From Nitrosopumilus sp. (GTDB lineage Archaea > Thermoproteota > Nitrososphaeria > Nitrososphaerales > Nitrosopumilaceae), in assembly GCA_965205425.1 (NCBI GenBank), contig CBDBGZ010000009.1:480001-544000 (forward strand): a stretch of DNA of 64,000 nucleotides, given 5' to 3'. The position numbers and the translations under genes are program-made. The notes under the pieces were generated by a model, which was not told the DNA's origin, ran no database searches, and saw nothing but the letters and a program-made list of their open reading frames with translations. This document shows, piece by piece, positions 50,474-60,117 of the stretch; position 1 is the stretch's first letter; every line of letters begins with the position of its first letter.

Positions 50474-51730
50474 TTAAATTTGCTCAAGTAATTCTTTAGC
50501 TCTATCAAGTGAAATTTTCTTTTCTTCAATCATTTTTTGAACAATTTGATCAATTTGATCAGGTGTAGCGCCGGCTGCAGCTGCTAAATTTCTAGCATGA
50601 AGATGCATGTGTCCTTTTTGAATTCCCTCAGTGGCAAGAGCCCAAATTGCACTATAATTTTGAGCCAATCCTGTTGCAGTCATCACGCATGCTAATTCTT
50701 GAGCAGATGAGGCTCCAAGGAGCTTTGTACAAACTTTGGCCACAGGATGAACATTTGCAATTCCACCAACAATACCCACAGATAACGGAATTTCTAAAGT
50801 TCCAACTAAATTTCCATCACTATCCTTACTCCATTTACTTAGAGAGCGATATTTTCCAGATTGCGCAGCATATGCATTTGCTGCAGCTTCAATTGCTCTA
50901 CTATCTTGACCCACAGCATTTGCAACAGCTATAGTTCCATTCATTATGCCTTTGTTATGAGTTACAGCTCTATACACATCATTATCGGCAAATTCAAATG
51001 CAGAAATAATATTATCAACAACTTTTTCGCCACCTACTGCTTCTTTTTCAAATACTGCTTTTGCTTTTACCATTCGTCTAATAGAATAATTAGATAGTAT
51101 TCTTAATAATGCTCTTCCGCCAGTAATTTTTTCAATTAAAGGAGAAATAGCTTCGCACATAGTATTAGTAACATTAGCACCCATTGCATCACCCACGTCA
51201 ATAAGTAATTCAACAATTAGCATTTTTCCTGAAGGTGTATTGATTTCTTTACATGAAATTTCTTTTGCACCTTTACCCATTTTAGACAAAGTATTACTTT
51301 TTGAATTTGCCAATTGAATAATTTCATTTGTAGAATTTTTTATTTCAGATATAGCTAATGGAATATCAACATCCAACATTTGAATTTGACCAATGCTAAA
51401 AGATTCATCAGCAAACACTTCAAATCCACCTTTAATCCGTGCTATTTTAGCTCCCTTTGATGCAGCAGCTATTACTGAAGGTTCTTCAATCACCATTGGA
51501 ACTACGTAATCCTTACCATTAATCTTAAAATTTGTGGCAACTCCCAATGGAAGTGAAAATGTTCCAATTGCATTTTCAACCATTTTATCTGCTTTTTCAA
51601 AAGAAATTCCTCCATTATCATTTTGTAAAATTTCCAACTCTTCAGTTGAAAGATTTGCAAAGTTTCCAACAATATCTAATCTTTCTTTTCTAGATTTTTC
51701 AAAAAATTTTGAAATGGATGAATCTGGCAT
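50474..51730 (-). CDS. hmgA: HMG-CoA reductase, class II
   Basis: ENAIG, EEPSVIAA, DAMGAN, THNKGIMNG, GIQKGHM. Confidence 0.92.
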   Translation of the reverse strand: MPDSSISKFFEKSRKERLDIVGNFANLSTEELEILQNDNGGISFEKADKMVENAIGTFSLPLGVATNFKINGKDYVVPMVIEEPSVIAAASKGAKIARIKGGFEVFADESFSIGQIQMLDVDIPLAISEIKNSTNEIIQLANSKSNTLSKMGKGAKEISCKEINTPSGKMLIVELLIDVGDAMGANVTNTMCEAISPLIEKITGGRALLRILSNYSIRRMVKAKAVFEKEAVGGEKVVDNIISAFEFADNDVYRAVTHNKGIMNGTIAVANAVGQDSRAIEAAANAYAAQSGKYRSLSKWSKDSDGNLVGTLEIPLSVGIVGGIANVHPVAKVCTKLLGASSAQELACVMTATGLAQNYSAIWALATEGIQKGHMHLHARNLAAAAGATPDQIDQIVQKMIEEKKISLDRAKELLEQI

Positions 51731-51731
51731 T

Positions 51732-52823
51732 TTATTTCAATATCCTCAATAGTTTATCATCCATACTATCTGGAAAACCTTTTCTATCAGTATTTGAAGT
51801 AATTACATACAGACTACCATCTGGACTTTCTACCACGTCTCTAACACGTCCTATACCACTTAGTATTGATTTTTGAGAACTAAGTCCTTCATCAAAATCT
51901 AGTTGATAGAGATTTGCAGATCTCATAGAAGCCATAATAAATGAAGATTCAAAATCCAAGGTCTCCCCAGAATAATACAATATGCCTCCAGGTTCTATAC
52001 TTGGATCATAGCAAAGAATTGCATCTACAAATTTTTCATTTCCAGAACATTGTTGCTCAGGCCATCCATAGTTTTTGCCTGCTTGAATCAGATTAATTTC
52101 ATCATTTTTTTCAGGTCCAAATTCTGCTACAAACAAATTTCCACTATCATCCCAAGTCATTCCTTGAGGATTTCGGTGTCCCAATGAATAAACAGGTGAA
52201 TCAGAAAATGGATTATCATTTGGAATTGTACCATCATCATTAATTCTTAAAATTTTACCAGACAAAGAATTAAGATCTTGTGGAAGATGTGAAGCATCAG
52301 AAACTGTACCTGTTCCTACATACAATTTGTTATCTGGTCCAAATTTAATAAAACCTCCATTTGTAAATGAAGACCCAGGGATTTTATCTAATATGGTTTC
52401 AGCACTAACAAGTTTATTTTCGGATTCAGTAATTTGTAAAATCTTATTCCACAAAATATCATTTTCTTCATAAGTCATGAAAACATACATGAAATGATTT
52501 GTAGAAAAATTTGGATGTAATGCAATTCCTAACAATCCACCATCAAATACATCTGCAGTACGTAAAGTAGCTAATGGGAATTCTAACAATGTGTTATTTT
52601 GAATTACTCTAATCAATCCATCTTTTTCAGTAACAAAAATTCTATCATCAGAAATTGCGATAGCTCGAGGTTTAACGAGATTTTCAGCTATTACAGTTAC
52701 AAAATCACTATCAGAATTTGAATTTGGTTCTGGTAAAGGTATAGGATCATTTGGAGATGTTAAAACTAATACAGAAAACACTATAGCAACAACAATTACA
52801 GCGATTTGTATTTTTTTATCCAT
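51732..52823 (-). CDS. Membrane-anchored PQQ-dependent glucose/sorbosone dehydrogenase-like beta-propeller
   Basis: GLLGIALHPNF, FGPDNKLY, SGKILRI, GHRNPQG, NYGWP. Confidence 0.88.
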   Translation of the reverse strand: MDKKIQIAVIVVAIVFSVLVLTSPNDPIPLPEPNSNSDSDFVTVIAENLVKPRAIAISDDRIFVTEKDGLIRVIQNNTLLEFPLATLRTADVFDGGLLGIALHPNFSTNHFMYVFMTYEENDILWNKILQITESENKLVSAETILDKIPGSSFTNGGFIKFGPDNKLYVGTGTVSDASHLPQDLNSLSGKILRINDDGTIPNDNPFSDSPVYSLGHRNPQGMTWDDSGNLFVAEFGPEKNDEINLIQAGKNYGWPEQQCSGNEKFVDAILCYDPSIEPGGILYYSGETLDFESSFIMASMRSANLYQLDFDEGLSSQKSILSGIGRVRDVVESPDGSLYVITSNTDRKGFPDSMDDKLLRILK

Positions 52824-52905
52824 GAAAAGACAATCTTTTCAAATCCTATTAATTACTTTCAAGAATTTGATAAAGCGTATATACGGCTCAACTTCATTTA
52901 TGTTC

Positions 52906-52980
52906 AGCGGGGTGGGGAAGCCAGGTCATCCCGGCGGGCTCATAACCCGCAGTTCAGTAGTTCAAATCTACTCCCCGCTA
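52906..52980 (+). tRNA. Initiator tRNA-Met (CAT)
   Basis: A1-U72 pair, GCGGG-CTCATAA-CCCGC anticodon arm with three consecutive G-C pairs, and an upstream TATATA box. Confidence 0.93.
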
Positions 52981-54333
52981 CTTATTTTTATAAACATAAA
53001 ACCATGAAAGAGATTTATCAAATTTTGATGATTTGTTTATTGTTCCAATTCTCTGTGAGGGTCTAGTTAGATGCCTGTGAGCAGATATTTTTGGTAGATA
53101 GAGTTGTTTGTTGATCTTCCTTGAAATTTCAAAAGGTATTTTTCTAGAGGCTTTTCTTCCACAACGAATACACTGAAATCCTTGATTCAGACCCTTAGAT
53201 TTCATTTTTTTATTACATTTTTTACATTCGGGGTTAGATTTTGAGATGTTCTTTACAAGAGAAATTACATCAAGGAATTCTAGATTAATAATTCTTGGAT
53301 AATTTTTTGAAGCCTTTCTAACTCCACCTCCTACACATATTTTGTCTCCCTTTAACAAATTTGAAGCAACGACAGTCATTCCAGTGGGTTTGTAAACAGC
53401 ACACCAAAATTCATGATTATTAGAAGTGATTTTAAAAAAAACATGACCACCTTTTACAATTTTTGGAATATTTGATACTATTCCAGTGATTTTTCCAGAA
53501 GAATATGGTTTCATATTTTCAAAATTTAATTCATTTTTCAAATGATCACCAGTTCCCTGATTGGATTTGAAGATCATATAGCCATCTAATTTTTCAGATG
53601 TTTTGAGAATTTTAGTAGCATAAACCAAAGAATCCACATTTTCGCCCCGTACACCATAAAAAACAGGATCTGGACCATGTGGAGTAATTAAAACTCGACC
53701 TTTCTTTGTATCAAAGCTGTTAAACGTGTTCGGAGATGTTTTTTCCTGCATATTTTTTACACTGTTATTGGAAATTTTTCTTTCTTTTCCAAATTTTGAT
53801 TTTTTACGATAGCTTAAAAGTTCCAATGTATGATCATGAAAATCATATCCTATTGCACCTATAGCACCAACTAATCCCTGACCATTACCCTGATAGTAAA
53901 TTTCAAGTTTATTTTTTTTAGCAAATGTTTTTGCATTATTACGATTAATCAATTGCCATAAAGCTAATTTGCTAAATTTAGTGAATTCAGATGGAATACT
54001 ATCACTCTCAAAAAATACAAGTCCCGGATTAGCACCATTTTTAGTATCAGAGTATTTTGAAACAAGGTTTTTAATTTGGTTTTTAATTTTAGATGGATTT
54101 TTTGTTTTTATTTTAAAAGAAACTGCACCATTTCCTCTAGTTTTCCATGGAATGTTAGGATTGAATCTGATTAATCGTGGAAAATCCAAAAATTCAATTT
54201 TTTGTTTTTGGAGTGAATCTACAATTTTGTATGCTAAAAAGGTGGTACACATACCTTTAGGGGAATCAGTATCATCAAATCCAACATTAAGTACAGTTTC
54301 CTTTTCCATGACTTGTTTTAACTGATTAGACAT
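52978..54333 (-). CDS. tiaS: tRNA(Ile2) agmatinylcytidine synthase
   Basis: GFDDTDS..GMCTT, NPNIPWKTRGN, PHGPDPV, SNQGT, Zn ribbon, HLTRP. Confidence 0.93.
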   Translation of the reverse strand: MSNQLKQVMEKETVLNVGFDDTDSPKGMCTTFLAYKIVDSLQKQKIEFLDFPRLIRFNPNIPWKTRGNGAVSFKIKTKNPSKIKNQIKNLVSKYSDTKNGANPGLVFFESDSIPSEFTKFSKLALWQLINRNNAKTFAKKNKLEIYYQGNGQGLVGAIGAIGYDFHDHTLELLSYRKKSKFGKERKISNNSVKNMQEKTSPNTFNSFDTKKGRVLITPHGPDPVFYGVRGENVDSLVYATKILKTSEKLDGYMIFKSNQGTGDHLKNELNFENMKPYSSGKITGIVSNIPKIVKGGHVFFKITSNNHEFWCAVYKPTGMTVVASNLLKGDKICVGGGVRKASKNYPRIINLEFLDVISLVKNISKSNPECKKCNKKMKSKGLNQGFQCIRCGRKASRKIPFEISRKINKQLYLPKISAHRHLTRPSQRIGTINKSSKFDKSLSWFYVYKNK

Positions 54334-54391
54334 TTTTAGTTGTTGTAAGCTTCAGTTGATTTAAATTAATAACGTATCATTCCAAGCTGAA

Positions 54392-55387
54392 TTGATCATA
54401 GTAGATGAAGCAAGAATTTTCAAAGAAATAGAAGAAAAAAACCCTGCATCTATTTCATTAAATGGACCAGATGGCATGTTACCTCAAATTCAAGATATGG
54501 CAATTAAAATTTCAGCAAAATATGACATTCCAGCATATGTTTTAGCAGATACCACATGGGGAACTTGTGATTTGAATACTACAGGTTCAAAAGTACTAGG
54601 AGCAGAAATTCAATTTAACATTGGACATACAATTAATACTGAATCATTAGAAAAAAATTTAGTTTTAATTGATGCATTTGACGATGTTGGATTTGATAGT
54701 GTTGCAGAACAATGTACAGATATCTTAAAAGGGAAATTGATTTCGCTTGTTACAGACAGTCAACATTTACATCAAATAGATAAAGTTGAAAAAATTTTTA
54801 TAAAAAATGGAATTAAAGTGAAAATTGGAAAAGGAAAAGGACAGTTAAATGACGGTCAAGTATTTGGTTGTGAATTCTATCCTGCAACAGAATTAAAAAA
54901 AGAAGTTGATGCCTATGTATTTTTAGGACAAAGTAATTTTCATGCAGCAGGAATTGCATTATCAACAAATTTACCAACATTTGTTTTAGATCCTTATTTT
55001 AATGAAGTAAGAGAAGTAACAGAATTTGCACGTTCACTCAAAAAGAAAGCGTCACTAGCAATATTCAAAGCAGCAGAAGCAAAATCATTTGGAATAATTA
55101 TTGGGTTAAAAGAAGGACAACTATCAAAAGTATTTGGCTTGAAATTTAAGAAGGAGTTAGAAAAAGAAGGAAAATCAGTTCAGTTATTTGCACTTACAGA
55201 TATTACAAATGAACGATTAAACAATCTTAGAGGTATTGATGCATTTATTCAGGTTGCATGCCCAAGAATTTCCACAGATAATCAATTTGACAAGCCAGTA
55301 TTGTCTACACCTCAGGCTAATGCACTTCTAAAAGTTTTACGAAAAGAAGACATTGGTGAATATTTAGAAATTCCACACTGGTTATAA
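54392..55387 (+). CDS. dph2: Diphthamide biosynthesis Fe-S enzyme Dph2
   Basis: WGTCD, GQVFGC, VACPRI. Confidence 0.92.
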   Translation: MIIVDEARIFKEIEEKNPASISLNGPDGMLPQIQDMAIKISAKYDIPAYVLADTTWGTCDLNTTGSKVLGAEIQFNIGHTINTESLEKNLVLIDAFDDVGFDSVAEQCTDILKGKLISLVTDSQHLHQIDKVEKIFIKNGIKVKIGKGKGQLNDGQVFGCEFYPATELKKEVDAYVFLGQSNFHAAGIALSTNLPTFVLDPYFNEVREVTEFARSLKKKASLAIFKAAEAKSFGIIIGLKEGQLSKVFGLKFKKELEKEGKSVQLFALTDITNERLNNLRGIDAFIQVACPRISTDNQFDKPVLSTPQANALLKVLRKEDIGEYLEIPHWL

Positions 55388-55996
55388 TTACAAAACTAAT
55401 TTTTTAAATCTATCATCATTAGAGAGTTTTTCAAATAATTTTAATTTTTTAGCTTTTATTTTGTATTGTGTTCCTTGAGAAATTGCACATTCAAGTAAAT
55501 CCAAAGCTTCTTCGTTTTTAGACATCATTACAAAGCTACAGGATTTATCAAATAAAACATCCCCATTTTCCGGATAATCATTCAAAATTAGATTACAGCA
55601 TTTAATAGATTCATCATAATTTTCCATAGAAAATAAAATTCGTTCTTTATGATATAATGCAATATTGTATTTTGGATTGTTATTTAGAAGGTTATTACAA
55701 ATGGATAAAGCAGCAACAAAATTTCCCTGTTTCCGAAATGAGGATATTTTGTTTACCAATACTAAAAGATCATCAGGAGAAATCTCTAAAGCTGCATCAT
55801 AACATTTCATAGCAGCATCATAATCTTTGAGTTTATTCAAAGCATATCCCTTATTGTTAAGAGAGCTTAAATGATTAGAATTTTCAGATAAAATTTTATC
55901 ATAATATGAAATTGCTTCATGTAATTTCCCTTGTAAAAATAATCTATTACCTTCATCCAATATTGAATTTGTTTTTGGATCTTCCATTTCGATCAA
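55388..55996 (-). CDS. Tetratricopeptide repeat protein
   Basis: TPR-like units (LNNKGYAL...AMKCYDAALEISP). Confidence 0.85.
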   Translation of the reverse strand: MIEMEDPKTNSILDEGNRLFLQGKLHEAISYYDKILSENSNHLSSLNNKGYALNKLKDYDAAMKCYDAALEISPDDLLVLVNKISSFRKQGNFVAALSICNNLLNNNPKYNIALYHKERILFSMENYDESIKCCNLILNDYPENGDVLFDKSCSFVMMSKNEEALDLLECAISQGTQYKIKAKKLKLFEKLSNDDRFKKLVL

Positions 55997-57069
55997 GACT
56001 CTGATTTGATCAAGATTTTTCCAAATAGTCCTTTGCCTTTGAGCATTTTTGTGTGAGCTTCAGCAGCTTCTTCTAACGAATACACAGAATCAATAATAGA
56101 TTTTATTTTTCCTTGAGACATCCAGTATAGTCCTTGTTCTAATTCAGCTCTTGTACCTTGAGTTGAGCCTAAAATGTTAATTCCCTTAAAGAAAATATGA
56201 CGTAAGTCAGTTTTAACATCATAACCTGTTGTTGCACCAGTAGTGACAATTGTTCCACCATAATTGAGTAAGGTTAATTCTTTGTTCCAGTGAGAACCAC
56301 CAATGTGTTCAAAAATTACATCAACACCAGGAGCATCACCTAATTGTTTAGGGATTTTTTTTGCAATTGATCTTACTTCTTTATGCCAATCTTCTTTTCG
56401 ATGATCTACAGCAAAATCTGCTCCAAGTTCCAATAATTTATCTAATTTATCTGGACTTGCAGTTGCAATAACAATACATCCAAAAAGTTTTGCAATTTGA
56501 ATCCCATAATTACCAACTCCGGAACTTCCACCCATAATCAAAACTATTTGTCCTGGTTGAATTTTTGCTCTACCAACTAACATATGCCATGAAGTTAACA
56601 TAGTCATTGATGCAGCTGCTGCGTCATCATATGAAACATCTTCAGGAATTTTTACGACGTTAACTTCTGGAAGATGTGTAAATTCACAATATCCTCCCCA
56701 AAGAGGGCCTGTTTCAAAACCCCAAATAGTACGTTTTTTGCAATCAAATTCTCTACCTGCCGTACATCTTTTGCAAACTCTACATGACATATTACCATGA
56801 GAAACAACTCTATCTCCAATTTTGATATTTTTTACATCACTTCCAATTGCTGTTACTTCTCCGGCAGCATCTGTTCCAGAAATATGGGGTAATGGAATAG
56901 CTAAGGGTTTACCCCTCATTCCCCAAATATCATCATAATTTAGTGCAGTAGCTTTTACTTTGATGATTACTTCATTGGATTTTGGTTCAGGGATAGGAAT
57001 ATCTTTAATTTTTAAGATTTTAGAAAAATCATCATCATCTGTATATTGATCATATACCAGAGCTTTCAT
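55993..57069 (-). CDS. MDR-superfamily zinc-binding dehydrogenase/enoyl reductase
   Basis: ALNYDD in place of the catalytic-Zn Cys motif, structural CxxCxxC...C, GGSSGVG, GKILI. Confidence 0.88.
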   Translation of the reverse strand: MKALVYDQYTDDDDFSKILKIKDIPIPEPKSNEVIIKVKATALNYDDIWGMRGKPLAIPLPHISGTDAAGEVTAIGSDVKNIKIGDRVVSHGNMSCRVCKRCTAGREFDCKKRTIWGFETGPLWGGYCEFTHLPEVNVVKIPEDVSYDDAAAASMTMLTSWHMLVGRAKIQPGQIVLIMGGSSGVGNYGIQIAKLFGCIVIATASPDKLDKLLELGADFAVDHRKEDWHKEVRSIAKKIPKQLGDAPGVDVIFEHIGGSHWNKELTLLNYGGTIVTTGATTGYDVKTDLRHIFFKGINILGSTQGTRAELEQGLYWMSQGKIKSIIDSVYSLEEAAEAHTKMLKGKGLFGKILIKSES

Positions 57070-57119
57070 GATTTTTATCTAATTTGTGGAGATATATGAT
57101 TTATCAAGATCTTTCAAAC

Positions 57120-58163
57120 TGTTCTTTCCAAAAATTATTTCGTGTCACTTTCATGAGTAATTCCTCCATAGAATGCTTGGGTCTATGAGTATTTCGTTTG
57201 TTATCATCTTGGAGTGATACGCATCAGATGGTGTCTCCATATTATCCAAGTCTAGTGCGCCATGAACTCTAATGTGATTGTACCAATGCATAAACTGCTC
57301 CACTGACTCAAAGTATTCTATTTTACACTCAAAGATATCCCAGAACTTTTCTAGCTTACCATTTGTTTGTGGATGTCTCACTCTTGTACGAGAGTGCTTT
57401 ACGTGATGTCTCATTAGTTGCTGCTCAAAGTCTACTGGCTTGTTATGATCAAGAGTATTGACATTTGATGTGAACTGTTTTCCATTATCAGATAGTACGG
57501 ATGCTGGTCTACCGTGATTCTTTATTGCATCAGATAGTACTGCAGAAGAATTCACAGATGTTGCCTCATCATACACTCCGAAACCCGTGATAAATCGTGA
57601 GGCATCATCTTCAAATGCAATTAGTTGTTTTCCTGCCCAGCGTGAATCATGTATTGTGTGCCAGTCAGTATGCCACAGTGAATTTGAATATTCACGTTCA
57701 TACCTGATCCACTTTCTTCTCATCTTTTTCCGTGGTTGCTCAACTGATAATCCTTCATCTAGCATAATCTTGTGGATGCGATTGTGGTTTATCTTGGTAT
57801 TGTACAATTTTGATATGATTTTCTCAAGGTATAGTGCGTTTGTATGAAATTTTTCTTGAACTTGTTTGACTAGCTCTATCTCGTGTACAGTGACTGGCTT
57901 TTTTGGACGCCCTGGCCTTTTGAGTGTGGGAATCTTTTTGGTTTTTTTGTACTGAGAGTAGACTTGTTGTACTCTTCTAGGCGTTATCTTGAGGATTACT
58001 GAAATATCTAAATTCTTGACTTTTTCATTTTTAGATTGTATAATCCACCTGATCTTATTCTCATCTAACTTTACCATAGGTATGCCACGATACCCACGCA
58101 TACGATAGTATGGGAATGATGCTCTCCTAGTTAAGGGGTGAAATAATTTCCGGAAAAGATACA
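57120..58163 (-). mobile_element. IS481-family element (1044 bp) with 13-bp target site duplication AGATCTTTCAAAC
   Basis: TGT...ACA termini, imperfect inverted repeats TGTTCTTTCCAAAAATTATTTC / TGTATCTTTTCCGGAAATTATTTC, and the duplication at 57107-57119 and 58164-58176. Confidence 0.92.
57151..58077 (-). CDS. IS481-family integrase-core (rve) transposase
   Basis: LWHTDW, EDDASRF, LSDNGKQF, HPQTNGKLEK, YNHIRVH. Start at MVKLDENK (58077). Confidence 0.92.
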   Translation of the reverse strand: MVKLDENKIRWIIQSKNEKVKNLDISVILKITPRRVQQVYSQYKKTKKIPTLKRPGRPKKPVTVHEIELVKQVQEKFHTNALYLEKIISKLYNTKINHNRIHKIMLDEGLSVEQPRKKMRRKWIRYEREYSNSLWHTDWHTIHDSRWAGKQLIAFEDDASRFITGFGVYDEATSVNSSAVLSDAIKNHGRPASVLSDNGKQFTSNVNTLDHNKPVDFEQQLMRHHVKHSRTRVRHPQTNGKLEKFWDIFECKIEYFESVEQFMHWYNHIRVHGALDLDNMETPSDAYHSKMITNEILIDPSILWRNYS

Positions 58164-58213
58164 AGATCTTTCAAACCACAAACAATTATAATCATAAAAA
58201 CAAAATTCTCATT

Positions 58214-58765
58214 ATGTCTGAAAATGCAATCTTCCCAGGAGACAAAATAGCATCCATAGAAGAATATGAGGCAGGAAATAATGCTTTTGACGATGGAGAT
58301 ATGGTAAGAGCAGCAACAATAGGTGAAAAAGACATTGATAAAGTATCACGAACTGCAAACGTTAATCATCCAAAACTTCTATCCATACCAAAAGTGGGGG
58401 ATGTCATAATTGGTACCGTTGCTGCAATAATGTCATCTATGATTGCAGTATCAATTGATTACATAAATGGAAAACCTACCACATCAAAAGTAGAATGTGT
58501 TTGTGGAACACGAAATTTGAGAATTCGAAATGTTGCATTAGTTAATGACATTGTTTCACTAAAAATTCTTAATCATCTTAATGGTACTATTCATGCATCA
58601 ATTAGTGAACCAAATTTAGGAATTATATTTACTAAATGTAGAAAATGTGGAGGAAAAGTTGTTCCAATGCGTGATGCAATAAAATGTACAGACTGTGCAT
58701 GGATTGATGAGAGAAAACTTTCTGCAAACTTTGGAAATAGTGATTTCGTAAATTTAAGAGGTTAA
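58214..58765 (+). CDS. csl4: Exosome RNA-binding subunit Csl4
   Basis: FPGDKIASIEEY, S1 domain PKVGDVIIG, Zn ribbon CRKC...CTDC..ERKLS. Confidence 0.92.
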   Translation: MSENAIFPGDKIASIEEYEAGNNAFDDGDMVRAATIGEKDIDKVSRTANVNHPKLLSIPKVGDVIIGTVAAIMSSMIAVSIDYINGKPTTSKVECVCGTRNLRIRNVALVNDIVSLKILNHLNGTIHASISEPNLGIIFTKCRKCGGKVVPMRDAIKCTDCAWIDERKLSANFGNSDFVNLRG

Positions 58766-58768
58766 AAA

Positions 58769-59584
58769 ATGATACATGTTTCGTTCCAAGGTGAACGAGG
58801 TGCTTATAGTGAAGCTGCAGGGAAATCATTTTTTAATGAACAAATAGAAACTGTTCCTTTAACAACATTTGCAGAAGTATTAGAAAGTACATCAAATGAT
58901 AAAACACAATATTCTGTTTTACCAGTAGAAAATTCACTTGAAGGAAGTGTTGGTGAGAGTTATGATTTGTTATATTCAACATCTCTAAATGCAACAGGTG
59001 AAATTTACCATAGAATTGAGCATTGTTTAATTGGAACTGGAAACATTGATGAAATAGATACAGTGTATTCTCACCCTCAAGCTTTAGGTCAATGTAGAAA
59101 GTTTATTGAAGAACATGATATGAAAACAATTCCTACGTATGATACTGCAGGAAGTGTAAAAATGTTGAAAGAACTAAACAAAAGAAATTGTGCATGTATT
59201 GCTAGTAAAGATGCAGCTGAAAGATATGGAATGCCTGTAATTCAAGAAAACATTGCAAATAATCTGAATAATTATACTAGATTTTTGATTTTATCTAAAA
59301 AAAATAGTTCTGAAACTAGTAATGATAAAACATCAATAATTTTTTCAATAAAACATGAACCAGGCTCATTATTTCGAATAATTGAAAATTTTCATGAAAA
59401 TAATGTCAATTTAACAAAAATTGAATCAAGACCAACTAAAGAAAATACTTGGGAATACAATTTCTATGTAGATTTTGAGGGACATGAAAATAACTCGAAG
59501 ATTTTAGACATGTTGAAAAAAATTAAAGACGAAACTCTATTTATGAAAATTTTAGGTTCTTATCCTTCAGCAAAATTAAGCTAA
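58769..59584 (+). CDS. pheA: Prephenate dehydratase
   Basis: GAYSE, PVENSLEG, SHPQALGQC, NYTRF, ACT domain KIESRP. Confidence 0.95.
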   Translation: MIHVSFQGERGAYSEAAGKSFFNEQIETVPLTTFAEVLESTSNDKTQYSVLPVENSLEGSVGESYDLLYSTSLNATGEIYHRIEHCLIGTGNIDEIDTVYSHPQALGQCRKFIEEHDMKTIPTYDTAGSVKMLKELNKRNCACIASKDAAERYGMPVIQENIANNLNNYTRFLILSKKNSSETSNDKTSIIFSIKHEPGSLFRIIENFHENNVNLTKIESRPTKENTWEYNFYVDFEGHENNSKILDMLKKIKDETLFMKILGSYPSAKLS

Positions 59585-60081
59585 AAACCTTTAGGTTTTC
59601 TTAAAGTAAAACCCATACTAAATCCAATAATTACCATTCCAGATGTAATCACCATAAGATCAAAAGTAAACCATATTGGATCAGAGCTTCTAATTAATTC
59701 CCCAATAATATGTAATTCAGAATTACCAGTATTTTGAATGTGAATTTTTGTTTCACCATCTTCCAAATGAATCCATTCTAAAGTCAATGGTTCGTCAACT
59801 CTATTTTTGAATGATTCTACAGTATTTTCAGAGTCAGGAGAAGGAATTTGTAAACCTAAACCTGGACTTGTAAGTTTAAGATCAAATGCAGCACCAAAAA
59901 TTTCCAAATGTTGTGGTGAATGGTTAGGTGCAGGAATTGTATAAAATGCAGAATCACCTACTCCAACAACATAATCTTCATGAATTGTAATTGTTCCAAT
60001 ATGAGTAATTAACGAATAGCCTCCAATTGCAATAATTGCAGTTCCAATAATCATTCCAATAATAGTTCGTTTAGAAAGCAT
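59581..60081 (-). CDS. Hypothetical membrane protein (N- and C-terminal TM)
   Basis: Two hydrophobic helices flank a beta-rich domain. Confidence 0.75.
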   Translation of the reverse strand: MLSKRTIIGMIIGTAIIAIGGYSLITHIGTITIHEDYVVGVGDSAFYTIPAPNHSPQHLEIFGAAFDLKLTSPGLGLQIPSPDSENTVESFKNRVDEPLTLEWIHLEDGETKIHIQNTGNSELHIIGELIRSSDPIWFTFDLMVITSGMVIIGFSMGFTLRKPKGF

Positions 60082-60117
60082 ATACTGGAATACTCTAGAT
60101 ACTGTTTAAAAAATTAT

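Noticed and set aside
50474..51730. Class II HMG-CoA reductase as a recent horizontal transfer
   Set aside because: Composition matches the neighbours and class II enzymes are already known in several archaeal lineages.
52906..52980. CAT-anticodon tRNA beside tiaS as the TiaS substrate tRNA-Ile2
   Set aside because: The A1-U72 pair and three G-C pairs in the anticodon stem identify it as initiator tRNA-Met.
52806..53066. ORFs of 86 and 61 aa on the + strand
   Set aside because: They overlap tRNA-iMet and the ends of neighbouring genes.
58078..58164. N-terminal extension of the IS481 ORF in the track
   Set aside because: It runs through the terminal inverted repeat. The ATG at 58077 is more plausible.
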